Positions 25,001 to 37,701 of a stretch of DNA of 64,000 nt are shown here, piece by piece; within the stretch, counting starts at the first letter, position 1; each line of letters opens with the position of its first letter. Below the pieces are notes generated by a model. The model had not been told where the DNA came from. It made no database searches and was given only the letters and a program-made list of their open reading frames with translations. The stretch is from Saprolegnia diclina VS20. Lineage: Eukaryota. The DNA is taken from NCBI RefSeq assembly GCF_000281045.1, contig NW_008246089.1, positions 268,737 through 332,736 on the forward strand, in the 5' to 3' direction. The position numbers and the translations under genes were made by a program.

Positions 25001-27356
25001 CCTGGACACCAGCGTACCTCTCACTCGTTTTGCGCAAGGCCTTCGAGACATGAACCCGTGCATGCTGCCGTGGATGTTCACGCAGTACTGCTGGCTCGAC
25101 TTGGATCGACATTGGGCCATGGCCAGCACCACCAAGCGTCAAGCGCGATGTGTTGCCTCTCAGATGGACAATGGCGCAGTCTACTTGGAGATTCCGCTTC
25201 GCAACGTTCGTGACTGGGCCGCGTGGGACCACTGCTGGGGTGTCTCGTTTGAGATTGGTTTTGTGTTACACCTGCAGACCTCGCAGCATGGACAACAGTG
25301 GCTCTCGAATCTCAAACTCAACGTCAATTCTGTTGATGACGAAGTGGCTCTCTGGCGTCGATACAACATTACGCGGTTTCAGTTGCAGTGGCAAAACTAC
25401 AAGACGATTGGCATGGTCGATACCTTCTCGATCACGTCGGCACTGGGCTACACGTCATCACTGACGCTGAGTCGGTCGGAAGCCAGCTTTCATCTTCTGC
25501 AGCAGACATCCCACCGCATGTACTGGGCGTTTGCGAGCGATCTATGGGCCATTGCTACCAACACGTCGTTGATTGGAGGATACAGTCTCCTCGCATCGAG
25601 TTCTAACTTTGCGTTTACGAATACCTCTAGCCAAGACGTTTTGTTCCGAAACCTAACCCTTACCCAGCCCTTGACACCCGGTTTGACCGTGCTGCAGTCG
25701 ACCATTGGGCCATTTGGGTCGGTTGATATGCACTATATTTCGTGTCCACCGGCTGCGCTTGAGCTCTACAGCAGCTTTTCCCAAGCGCTCAACACCCTCC
25801 TTGTCACCAACACGACCGCGCAGACGCAATATTTTGCGCTCCCCGCCAAGCCTCGCGTCTGTTCGGTGCCGCCGTTCTTGAACAACGATCTCTCGCTCAT
25901 GGCGAACGGGGGTAACCTCATGTGCGGCAACGACGTCCCGCAAGAGCCCGCGTTTTACGGCCGCCTGAGCAACTTTGGCGCGTCCAGTGCGTGCCACGCC
26001 CTCTTCTTGGATACGATGGTGCCCTCCCGCGCCGAGCTCTTCTTTGCGTTTCTGGGTCTACGCGCTGGGACTGGAACTGTACCAGATGCCAGTGCGCTCT
26101 GCGCCATTGATCCGTGCTCGGGGCTCTCGCCCTTGTGTCCCCTCGGCTTTGATCAGACCTTGCTCTTTCTCGCCGACTACGCAGTGGCGTTCAGTGCATT
26201 GGACGCCGTCGCCACAAAAGCGCACCACGTACTCTACGCTCTCAACATCCAAGTGATTCAGTACTACACGGCAACGTTGGACGACGCAGATACGTTGCTG
26301 TACCAAATCAACTTGCTCGACCCGACCGAGCCTCTCTGGGCGTTCTATGGCTGGTGCCACGTTTTCGAGTGGCTCGACGGTCGCCGTGAAGTCGTCTCGT
26401 TTCAAGGTGACGCGGGCGCGGTTGCATCGATCTCGTCCAGTGCAAATTTGATCCGGGGAAGCCCTGACCCGAGCGAGATTCCCGTCAGCTTTGCCACGCT
26501 TCTTCTCGGCTGCACGTTCTACATGACGGGGCTGCTCATCTCCATCGCGGGGCTCGTCACGCTCTACAGCGTTGGCCAAAAAGGCCACGTCGAAGGCAAC
26601 AACTTGTATGAGATCAACCGCATCGTAGGGCACGTCTGGGCAGGCCGCACGTTCCTCCTCCTGCGCAGCATCACGGCGATATGGATGCTCAATACATCGC
26701 CGCTGCTGCTCCAGCACGTGGGCTCAGTCACGCACATGCGGTCACCCCCGCTTCCGTGGTACCAGACGATCCTCGCGGCGGGGGAGAGCACGTGGCTCGT
26801 CTACGCCCTCAATGACCTTGGCAGCTGCGTCACGCGGCAGTTCACCACGACGTATGCCTACAAGAGCTCGCTTTTGACGTACGCGGTGGTGTCGATCTGG
26901 ACACTTGTGGCGCCCGTCTCGTACACGGCCGCCTTGGATCGGAGTTGCACCTATGTTGACATGGACGCGGGGTTGGTTTGCACCAGCGCCGTCATTCGCA
27001 TAGGCTCTTTGCGGGGCGTGCTCAGTGTCGTGCTCATTGCGTGCGCTTGCGTGACGCTCTGCTATCGACTCGAGCGCATGCTACATCCGCATCTCGCACC
27101 GCCAAACGTGCACTCACTCTTCCTCAACTCGCAGAGCCTGTACATGCTCGACTTGTCGCACTGGCAGCACCACGGCGACATCTTTTTGGACAAGACGTCT
27201 GCTGTCCTCGCCGGCCTACTGAGTGTCGAGTACGATGATGACTTGTATATCCTCGACATCAAGACGTGGCGCGCCATTGTGGTTCCACATGCCACGTTGA
27301 CCCAACCAATCACGCTGCAACGCTTTGCTCGGGCCATTCCCCTCAGTCGCATCTAG
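22066..27356 (+). CDS. Very large intronless multi-pass membrane protein built from two homologous halves; function unknown
   Basis: Uninterrupted ORF (open from 21684; start uncertain) with paired motifs ANDF, QYCW.D..R.WAMAST..RQ.RC, NGAVYLE, GGN..CG, EW....REVVS..GD, AGE.TW..Y and D.K.W, and many hydrophobic helices. Confidence 0.88.
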
Positions 27357-27476
27357 CCCCGAATCACCTAACCCTAATCGAAACGACACATTTTGTACAC
27401 AAAGCCACGACCGCAGACACCATCAATACGACATAGTTAGTGCGGTGACACACTGAGACGCATTGTGTACAAGTCG

Positions 27477-28916
27477 TCACTTGCGCGTCGGAAGGTCTTT
27501 CATGTCGCGTTGTCGCCGCTTCTTGGCGCGCTCCTTGCGCTGTTCCTTGGACATGACGGGTCGACCGTCGGCGGCAATTACATTGCGCTTGGCCTGCAGC
27601 CGTTCCTTTCGCTACGCGATACATAGTCATATGGCCCCTGCATTTTGGATTGAGCGTACGGCGCGCGCTTCCATGGCTTCTTCGAGCTTCTTCTTCTGGG
27701 CTTCGATCTCTCGCCGCTTGGCTTCTTCGATGAGCGCTGCCTCGGTGACCGCGTCCTCATCGACCATGTACTTGCTGCGCCGGCACGGACAAAAGTAATA
27801 CCGAAAGCAGCCCATTTTCCTCCTAGACACAGCGTTATAGGGCGGATAGAGCGTCGCATTGGGTCGACGTACCGCGCTAAAGCGTGCTGAGCGCGGCGCT
27901 TGGCCGCGATGGCTTCTTTGCTCTCGCCCTCGGGCTTGTCTTTCTCGTCTTTGATCGCTTGGAGAAGGGCCGCGCGCTTGGTCCACCACGATTCGCCCAT
28001 GGAGTAGACTTTTAGGTTCTCTTGGAGGCGGTACACGGGGTATAAGAGTGTCGGGAATTGCTGGTTGAGACTCTCGAACTCTCGAAAATCAATCTAGAAC
28101 CGTCATAGCATGGGTGAACAAGAGAGGTTGGCGCCGTACCTTGCCGTCGCCGCTAAATTGGAATTTCTCGAGCGCTTCCTTCATATTACTCGTGCCGCCA
28201 TCGGCGTGCAGCACCTCGAGGAGCGCTGCGAGCTCCGCCTACGCGCACGAGTTGGAGGGTTTGGTGGTGGAGCGCAACATACGTCTTCGATCGTTCCGCT
28301 CTTGTCCAGATCAAAGACAAAGAAGCAGACTAGACAAGGCCACGTCAGTGCCGCCTCTCGCACGTTGCAAATACATTTGAGGATTTCTTGCGTGTTGAGA
28401 AGGCAGAACGCGCCAAGCGCCTCGACATACTCGCTAAAGTCGAGCTCGCCACTGCCGTCGATATCTACAGTGGTTGAGAGGCAATGCCCTGCGCTGAGAA
28501 GTGCACCGATGAGGGCAAAGACGGCATCGCCCACCGCCGTGCGCTCTTCGCGGACGCTGCGAAAGAACTCGTCGCGGTCGATGGTTCCGCTGCCACTAGT
28601 TGTCGTCGAAGGATACGTGAGTGCCTATGCTGTAGACAGTCTTGGGGTACTAGGAAGCACAGGATTGATGCCATGTTAAATAAAACCGGATTCAGCCGAC
28701 CTCGTTGTCGGAGCGGCAAAAATGCTTGTACATCTTGCGCAAGTCGGCTTCCGTCACTAGCATAATGACGTCAAGAGTGCGCGACTCGAGATACCGACGT
28801 ACATTGGAGCTTCTCGATCGTCTTGAGCATCCTATAGTTGTTACTTACGACCACGGGCTGGCCGCGTCATGGTACCGCTCATCGGGTGCCGGCACCTCCG
28901 TCCGCCAAAAGCCCAT
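27477..28916 (-). CDS. EF-hand calcium-binding protein (calcineurin-B/NCS-like) with charged coiled-coil tail, multi-exon
   Basis: EF loops DIDGSGELDFSE and DLDKSGTIED. Spliced N-terminus MGFWRTEVPAPDERMLKTIEKLQLTEADLRKMY; last exon ends at TGA 27477. Confidence 0.78.
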
Positions 28917-29352
28917 CGCGCCCAAGTGGTTTCACCAACGGTTGCCAAATTGAGTTGCTACATAGGACGACAACATCATCATGAAACAAGTACGATTGCA
29001 CAGTACTCGCCGTCAATCAGGTGACTGAAAACCCGCTTGATAGACACGCAAAAGCTCACGCACGCCAACTGCAATGTGCAATGTCGATGTGTCACCGTTT
29101 GCAGTACCACGCGGTCTTGGCTGTCACGGCCATTATATACACGATATACAAGCAGAGACTCGTGGATATAATCATGTGTCTTCTCTGTTCGCACAGCCTG
29201 GTCGTGACGCCGAGCCGGTGCGCTACGGACGAGGCGCGTCGGCGAGCTGCGTGACCTGTGAGTAACCTTGTCCAAAGAGGTTTAACCCACGTTAAACGTA
29301 CGTCGCGGTGGCGTTTGACTTGATTTCACAAATTTGCGGGTCGACATCAGAC

Positions 29353-31673
29353 ATGGCCCATGGCGTCGTCCGACTCCTGTGGATAGCGTGGCTGCTCGTA
29401 CTCGCCGCCGTGACCGTGCATGGCCTCGACACCACGGGCGGCGTTGTCTACTGCTGGGCGGACGCGGCGCCGTCCACGATGTACCAAGGCGCCAACTGCG
29501 GCTTTGAGACGCTCCTCCTCGTGCCCAACGGCGAGCCGCGCCAGCCGCTGCAGGGCATTGCGTTCACCGCTAAGTACGTTGGCCCGTCGGCGCTGGGTTT
29601 CGACCTCGCCCAGATCCAGTTCAGCCGGCGCAACCAAAGCGAACCGCCAGCGCAGGTCGCCGACAGCTACGTCGGACTCTTCCTCAGCAACGAGACGACG
29701 TCCCAGGGCGACGCGGTGCCGTCCGCCTTGCCGTACCTCGCGGTCTCGTCGTCCGTGCGCAAGAACCTCACGGCCGTCGGTGCCACGAGCTTGGCGCCGC
29801 CCGAGCCCCTGCTGCTGCCCGACCGCGCCGGCGGCTTGATCGTCCTCGCGCGCTTCTCGGTCGCCAACCTCCAAGGCTCCACCTTCCACTTTGCAACCTT
29901 TCGATCCATTGACGTCCAGTACCCGATACCGAGCCGCTTTCCCGTGTACGCCCCTCGCCCACTTTGTATATGCCTTCTAACGACTGTGCTAGAACCTACG
30001 ATGCGACGACCACGTACTGCTGGACGACCGACCAAGTGGCCTACGATCGGCTCGTCACTCGCGGCGACACGACAGGGTTTTCCGCCGACTGCCCCATAGC
30101 ACTCAACGTTACGTCGCCATTGGCCGCGCAGAGCCTGTCGCCGATCCCGATCACGTGGTCGCTCCGGGTCCGCTCCGACTACGCGGGTGCGATGCGCATT
30201 TCGCCGAGCACTGTTTTGCACACGGCGGTGCATTTGTGCAGCAACGTCGACGACGGCTACTGCCACATTTTCAACCAAAAGCCGTACGCGGCGTCGTCCC
30301 AGGACCTCGCTGGCAACGTGAGCGAGTCCAGCCAGTCGGCGTCGTTTGCGACGACGCTCCTGAGCCTGCCCACGGGGCTCTACCTCGGGTTTGCACATGT
30401 CGTCATGCGCGGTCTCGACGGACGCAACGTGCACATGGCCACGTATTTTCAGCTCAAAGTCGACTTGACAACGTCGTCGGCCGACGACTCGTCCTTCGCG
30501 CCCAACACGACGTACTGCTGGAAGCTCTTTGCGCCGACCGCGATCCCTTACGTCTCGGCCGCCTCGATGCTCGGAACACACTCGACCGGGTCGTCGTGCC
30601 CTGCGGCGATTACACTCCGCGGTCTCGACGCCACGCCGGCGCTCAACGCCTCGACGCTCGTCGCGTGGCAAGTGGCGCCCGACAACAGCGCGGTGAGCCA
30701 CCTCGTGGAGCTCCCGGCCAACTGGAGTGTCGCTTCATCGCGCGTCGTGACGTGCTCGGCGCCGTGCTCGCCGTTTACGGGGTCATCGCTCGCGAGCTCG
30801 CCCTTCACGCCTAGCAACGGGACGACCGCCGCCTCCCTGCGCTGGACCGTCCCGGGCTCGTACGTAGTGTACGCGTGGGCGACGCTCAACACGCTTCAGG
30901 GCACGCGCCTCGACATTGCGACGTTCCAGACGATTACAATTGCAGCGCCGACAAGCAACAATGCAGGCTCCTCGGCGCTCTCGACGACTACGATTGTGCT
31001 CATCGCCTCCACGTGCGTCGTCGCAGTAGCGCTCTTTGCGCTCCTTGGCGTGAGCTACTACAAGCAGCGTCAGCACAAGCGCATGCTCTGGACGCAGTGG
31101 CAGCTCTCGCGCGCCGGCCTCTACTCGTACGGCGGCAGTCCGTGCCCGATTGCGAGCCAGCACTCAGACATCCCGATCATGCAAGGCGCGGTCATGGACA
31201 CGTCCCGCATTGCCGTCCACGACTCGTTCTCGGAAGCCCATGACGACGACGAGAGCAACCAGATGCGGCACAACGTCGACTTGCAGTACCTGCAACAGAA
31301 CCGCATCGAGTACCCGATCCACCGCGGCCGCATCGCGTCGAACGCCACGTCGTACTATGGCATGGACCCCACGCGCCCGACGCGCACCAAGTCGAGCGCC
31401 TCGGCGCGAAGGGACCGCAACTCGTCCATCTTGTACGACCCGACGCGACAAGCCCGAGCGTCGTCCCACCCGGTCCTGGACTACGACCCGACGCGGGACC
31501 GGAACGCCAGCATCACGAGCAATCACCACCAGATGCTGATGCCACGGCCCTTGTACAATGGTCATGAGGCAGCGCCCGAGTCGCCGCGGCCATCGTCGGT
31601 CGCGTCGACAGGCTCGATCATGGCCACATATGGCCACTCCATGTACGCGATGCAGAGCAGTCATCCGTCCTAA
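29353..31673 (+). CDS. Single-pass type I membrane protein (signal peptide, three YCW-initiated extracellular domains, TM, disordered tail); intron 29946-29992
   Basis: Signal MAHGVVRLLWIAWLLVLAAVTVHG and TM IVLIASTCVVAVALFALLGVSYY. Intron removal joins the two ORFs in frame. Confidence 0.82.
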
Positions 31674-31693
31674 TACTACTTACGTGTTGTCGT

Positions 31694-34600
31694 TTATCGC
31701 GTCTCGGGTGCGGCAGGTACTCGACGGGTCGGGTCGCCGAGCACCGACACGAGGTCGTGCTCGAGGTGCTTCTCGCGCGCCCGGAGGTGCGCGACTTCAT
31801 GCGCGTACAATTCGTTCATACGCTGGAGCGCCAAGCACTCGTGAAACATCTGCGTCATGTGTTGGTTCATGCGCTCGATCTTGCGCTCGCGGCTCGCGAC
31901 AAGGGTTGCCAGGCGCCGGTCCGACGCGGGTGACGACCCTTGCTCGGAGGTCGCTGCCGTCTGCACTTGGCTCTGCAGGTCAAGAACGAGCTGGGTGGCG
32001 ACCGTAAAGGCCTCGGGCATGGCACGCGTGGCGTCGTACTCGCGGCCAAGAGAGCGAAAGAGCACCGTCAGAAAACCAGTGACATCCTTCTCGATCTGGA
32101 GCCCGCGCTCGGTGGCGACGCGCAGCTCGGCGCTGAGCGAGTCGCGTTCGTTTTCGTGGGCTGTCGCTGAGCACTGGAGCTTCTCGTTGGCCGAGCGGAG
32201 GATCGCTGCCACACGCCGCGTCGCATGGTCGAGCGCCTTTGAAATGTGCAGCTGCTGGGGGTTGGTGGCCGCGACGCCGAGGAGGTTCAGCAGATCAATG
32301 ACCCGCGAGGCGCAGCGCCCGTGTTCCTCTTGGAGGTCCCGCACTTGCGACGTGAGCTTCTTGTTATCTCGCCGACTCGCCTACAGTAACAAGTCAGCGA
32401 AAGCATGTGCCGATGTCACGCACCTCGCCAGCGTCGTCGCGCGCTGCGAGCTCTGCCTCCAGAATCTCCACCTTGTTGGCGCTCTGTCGCAGCTCGGTCA
32501 TCTGGGCACGAAGCGCTTGTTCGGCAGTTGTGAGTTGCCGCTTGAGATGCACTTCAGCCGCGTGTGCTTTGTTGAGCTCCTGTCGGATGGCTGCGAGGTC
32601 GTCCTTGGCCTGCGTCGTCGCGTCACGCAAGCCTTTTGCTTCTGCGGTCGACGTAGCCTTGTGCTGCTCGAGGCTCCATACGTGATGCCGAAGATCAGAG
32701 AGGACGGCGACGAGCTCGATCGGGTCTTGGGACGCGCGCCGCGGACAGTCGACTGCCACGTGTTCTGCTATGTCGAGAATCATGCTTCGCAGTGTGTGTT
32801 GCACGGCGCGAAGCTCGACGAGTTCGGGGCTCTCGGGCGGAACCTTGGTCGCTTGGTTGCGCAACTGAGCTACGTTCGCCTTCTCCCGCGTCAACGCCTC
32901 CGTCAAGCTCTCGTTCTGGCGCTGGAGATCCTGCGTCCGGTGCGTTATGACTTGCTCAAACTGCTCGTTCATGCGCTTCATTTCGTCGCTCATTTGGACG
33001 GACCAGCGTTCGTTGTCGCCAATGCTGCGCACCAAGTCGTCGCGCTCGACCGCGATTGCGTCGACCTTGGCCGTCAACGCGTGGACCTCGTCTTGCAGCC
33101 GCGTCTCGCGGTGCTTAATCAATTCCAGCGCATGCACAGCGGCAAGCTCAGCTTGGGATGGCGCCGCACGGATGGATGCGAGGTTGCGCTCCATGTGTGC
33201 GAGCTCGGCCGTGCGCTGACCAAGATCCGCTTCGAGCTCTTCGATCACTGTTCGAAGTCGCGCGTTTTCCTGGACCAAGTGCACATGGTCGTCGGACGAC
33301 GGCAGGCGCTCAGCAAGCTGCGTCTCCAGCGTCTGGATATGCGCCAGCTTTGCCTCGAGCTCGGCCAGCGCGTCCTGGTTGAGATCGCGAAGGGCGGAGA
33401 TCTTGGCGTCGTTCTCGGCAAGAGCAGTCTCGAGCATCGCGACTTGATCGGCATGGGCGTCGTTCTGGTGCTTCTCTGTCAGTGTCGCGTCGGGCGCGGC
33501 CGTCTCCTGCATCTGTGCGAGCTTGAGATCGTCGACGGTTGACGAGAGCACGCGCACGTCGTGCATAAGCTCGGTGTTCTGGTCAAGAAGGAACGTGTTT
33601 TCCTTGCGCATGGCGTCACTGGACGACTGGAGCTCTTCTGTCTCGTCGCGGGCTTCGCACAGCAGTTGCTGGAGCGTCTGGTTTTGCTTCTCCACGTCCA
33701 CAAGACGTTGGCTTCGCGCCAGCGCGTCCCGAAGCTCCACTTGCAGCCGATCTGCTTGATCACTGAGCGCAAGGTTGCGCTCTGCGAGACCGAGGTTGGT
33801 GATGCGAGCTTCATCGAGCTGCTTTTCGAGGCTCTTTAAAGGCTCGTGTGCCGACGATCGAGAGGCGAGTGGTGCTTTCAGACCGGCGACGTGGCTCTCC
33901 AGGGCGTAATTACGCGCGACGAGCGATGCATTCTCGTCCGTAAGCGCGCCGAGCTCGTGTTTGAGGTCGTCCAGAGTGCGAATGTGTTGCGCATCGAGGA
34001 TCTCGCCGTCGGCGCGCAGACGCGCGATCTCGGCCCGGAGCTTGACAAGCTCGTTCGCCAACTCTTGGTTGACGTCTTGGAGCGCCATGGCTTGGTTCTC
34101 GAGCTGCTCGCGCATGACGTCGTGTCGGGCCGTCTTGACATTGAAATCGCGTGCAAGATCGAGGAGTTGGTTCTGCGCGGTTTCAAGTTGCTGCGACAGG
34201 AACGCCACGAGGCCGCTGTCGTTCGTAAACGAGTCAACGCTCACGCGAGACTGCCGTCGCGAACTCGCATCTTTGGTCTCGGAGAACGTCATCTTTTGCC
34301 GCAGGTCTTCAATGACCTAGATGAACGAACGTGACATGCAAGCAGCAGCAAGAAGAACACCTTACGTCAATGAGCTCCTGAACGTCGCCCTCGTGGTTTG
34401 TTTCTTGCGTCAAGCTCAGCTCGAGTTCAGCGTCCTAGAGAATGTCGCAGGATGGTCTGTACTGTCCGACCGACATGCTATTGGCCCCGTACCTTCCATC
34501 GCTTCATGATGCGCGTCTGCGTCTGGTACGACTCGTGGACAGCGCAGAGCTGCTCAAAGACGATCGGTAGCAGCGGATGCTCGTCTTGCCGCGCTTCCTA

Positions 34601-34895
34601 TGACCACATCGTGAGCACGTGCGATACGAAGCGTGTTCCTACGAGGTTGGCGAGGAAGTTGGACTTCTCCGGGTTCAAGAGCGAGAACGACATGTTGAGC
34701 TCGTTCATCGTCATGCGCCGGTCGAGGTGCGCGTCGAAGCGGCCGTCCTGCAGCCGAGGATAGCGCTCGTCCACCTGGCCTCGCCATGAGCCCTGACGAT
34801 GAGCGACGTCGTCGCGCGTGCGGTCGTACCTGCGGTGGCTGCCGATGCTTCCGTAGGTCGTCCTCCATCGAGGAAGCGTGCATGTCCATCGCCAT
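31694..34895 (-). CDS. Long coiled-coil protein, multi-exon
   Basis: 632-aa heptad-rich central exon with flanking exons joined by GT-AG introns. Confidence 0.8.
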
Positions 34896-35038
34896 GTCTT
34901 CTTCCTTCCGTGGACGTCCTCTGTACACGCGCGCTTGGCCTGCCCGCGTCCGCGCCGAGGTCTGTCGGTCCGTCGCTGGCGAATTGGATTTTCAAAACGC
35001 CATGCGATTCAATTGGCCCGTTCTCGCACCTCGCGTCT

Positions 35039-35051
35039 GATTGGTCAAAAA
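35039..35051 (+). promoter_or_regulatory. Extended CCAAT box (GATTGGTCAAAAA) upstream of the coiled-coil gene
   Basis: The same 13-mer occurs at 53455-53467, and TTTTGACCAAT at 36224-36234. Each lies within about 150 bp of a start codon. Confidence 0.6.
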
Positions 35052-35311
35052 GGTGTCCATTTCAAGCATCACCCTTCCCGCGCTTTCGAGTCGACGCCGA
35101 ACCAAGGTCCTCATGAGGGCATGAAGGTGTCGATGCAAGCTCGATGACAACTTGTCCTACCTTTTCATCGACAACGTACCTTTGTAGAGCTAGGCTCAAG
35201 AGCTGGGGTAGTGCAGTGAAGGACGCGCTTCATGGCACAGAAGCATGCAACACCCTCACGGTAGAAACCTTGGCACCCCATTCCAAGCGAATCAAGAGGC
35301 ATTACGTTGTC

Positions 35312-36058
35312 TTATTGGGGGGCAGACTTTAGGGTTAGCTCAAAGACCGTGCTGAGCTCGTCTCCTTCGAGCGGCCACGTACGGCCGAGGGCCCCGACGG
35401 CGTTGGTCACGGACGGCATGGACGTCAGACACACGGACGGATGCTTCTTGACGACGAAGCCGACTTCGCGCGCCATAAAGACAAAGTGAGATGCAATGCA
35501 ACGCGCAGGATTGCACTCGCCCATGCACGTGTCACGACACACGTCCATCGAGAAGAGCGCAATCGTCGACGCATGGGCGACCCACGTCACGGTTTCCAAG
35601 AGCGGGCGATGCAACCCGCGTCCGAGCTGCGTGATTTCGCTGCCCAAGACAATGTCATAGGCGAGGCCTTCGTCGCAAACCTTTTCGTCGCCCCACACGA
35701 GCTCGCGGGCGTCGATGACTTGGTTGCCGAGCCACGCGCTGTTCAAGTCAATGTTGGTCTGCAGCAAATCGGGGTATTCGTCCGAGAGCGTCACAGATTG
35801 CGCCTTTAGCGCAGCTGCAACGAGACCGCAGAGGCCACAGCCCGCGCCGAGCTCGAGGACGCGCGCAGATGCGAGCTTGAGGCTTGCGGCATGAACTTCC
35901 AAGTGCTGGCAGAGAAGATGGGCGCCTGGCCACACTTCGCCGCCGAGCCCATCGACCTGACGCGTATCTTGGATGACAGCGACCGTGATGTCATCGCCCG
36001 AGATCGCAGCGGACGTCACATACGAGCACTGGTGGCCTTGCTTCCGCGGCTGGGCCAT
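35312..36058 (-). CDS. METTL21 / Methyltransf_16-family protein lysine methyltransferase
   Basis: GGEVWPGAHLL, VLELGAGCGLCGL, ELVWG and DIVLGSE motifs. Confidence 0.88.
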   Translation of the reverse strand: MAQPRKQGHQCSYVTSAAISGDDITVAVIQDTRQVDGLGGEVWPGAHLLCQHLEVHAASLKLASARVLELGAGCGLCGLVAAALKAQSVTLSDEYPDLLQTNIDLNSAWLGNQVIDARELVWGDEKVCDEGLAYDIVLGSEITQLGRGLHRPLLETVTWVAHASTIALFSMDVCRDTCMGECNPARCIASHFVFMAREVGFVVKKHPSVCLTSMPSVTNAVGALGRTWPLEGDELSTVFELTLKSAPQ

Positions 36059-36278
36059 GCTGGCAATTCCGATTTGGTTGAGGACATCACCCAATCAATC
36101 CGGCCATCGACATGCTAAACACACGCAACTCTACCCAGCACAAACCCGCCGACCATGGAGGTATCGCAACGTGAAAGTGGCGTGGTTTTAGCGCAACGGA
36201 CTGAAACCTTTTGATTGGCCACATTTTGACCAATGAAACACACGCAGAGTTCATTTCCCACGAAAGATCCTCGGCCGC

Positions 36279-37625
36279 ATGGCGCCAGTCCGCGCCGAGA
36301 CGACGCCGGTCCATGTCCTCGTCAACGTCTGTGGCATGGAGGAGGAAGCGCTCTCTCGCTGCCTCTCCGTTCTCTCCGAGGTCTTCATGGCACTCTCCTT
36401 CCTGCGCCACTCGGCCGTCGTCGCCAGTGTCAACGCCATCGGCGCCGGCGCGCCGGTCCGTCGCCCTGTGTGCTCCATGAGCAGCCTCCAGAGCCAGATC
36501 GATGCTATCAAGAGTGCGCTTCCGCGCTCTCCTCTCTCACATCAGGAAGGGCGATGCTCGTGCGCGCAGGACTTTGGCCGCGTCGCTGAGCTTCTCTTGC
36601 AAGCCGACAGTCTCGTCCTCATCTTGACATCACCGACGCATCTGCCGGAGACACAACGCCTCGTGAGCTTATGGAAGGCGTCATCTTGCCGCATGGAGAT
36701 GATTTTGCTTCGACGCGACGACGAGGACATTGGCGCTACGGTGAATGCGATCATGGAGCTCGTCGAGAGTATCGCAGCCTTTCCACACGTCTCGATCGTA
36801 CAAGCCGAAGACAGCCTGCTTGATCTGCGCCGCACGATGGTATTCTCTACCTGCCTCCATCATGTGTAGATACGATGCATTCCTTGATGCTAGAAACCTT
36901 GGCTGCGACGCTTGCAGTCGTATGTACCGTGCACGATCGGCTTCAAAGAGAAGCCCATGCGCCTCCACCTCATCCTTCGAAGCGCCATGTGCTTCTACCG
37001 CGACGAGTCGCGCGCGTCCATGCATGCGGGTCTTGGGGCCATGACGGGCCTGCACTACGTACCACTTTCGTCCATCGACGGCAGCGTCGTCTTGGGCTAC
37101 CCCCTCCACGCCGATGTGGAGCCAGCGCCGTCCGAGAACGCAGACTTGTGCATGGGGCTGCAGCACCTCTTGCAGACGAAGAGCGCAGCGCTGATCTTGC
37201 GATGCACCAACAACGAGGTCGATACATACCTCGAGGAGCGACACTCATGCCCTTGTAGCAGCAGGCCGAGTACTTTGCAATGGTGTCCTCGACATATGCC
37301 GCCTCGAGCAATGCTGTAGGCTTCGTCCTCTACCGCGTTGCTTCCATCGACCAGGTGCATGATCGCGACAACAGTCCATCGATCAAACACCAACATGTAT
37401 TACTTGCTCACTTCCTAACGTTAGTTGACGTTTGCGAGCATGCCGGAGAGCTCGGACCCTAACCCCACCCACGCGGAGCGCATCGGGTCTATCGCCGCGA
37501 CGATGGCAGACGTCGTGCCGACGCAATCGTTCAACCCGTATAACTACGCTTCGGGGGCCAGTGTGCGCCCGTTGCACCGCCCCCCGCCACCGCCAACGCC
37601 TCGTGTGGGTCGGCGCTTGCTATAA
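36279..37625 (+). CDS. Hypothetical multi-exon protein
   Basis: Consecutive ORFs with short GT-AG introns, downstream of CCAAT boxes and an Inr-like TCATTTCC. Confidence 0.65.
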
Positions 37626-37701
37626 CTTCTTGTTTGTGCAATAATATTGTGTTCTATTTAATACTTTAACAATTGACCATGCAGCGCGCAGCGAGAGGCC
37701 C

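Noticed and set aside
28832..28848. Apparent 17-nt micro-intron (gtaagt..ctatag, minus strand) in the EF-hand gene
   Set aside because: An upstream donor gives a normal 44-nt intron with the same acceptor and frame.
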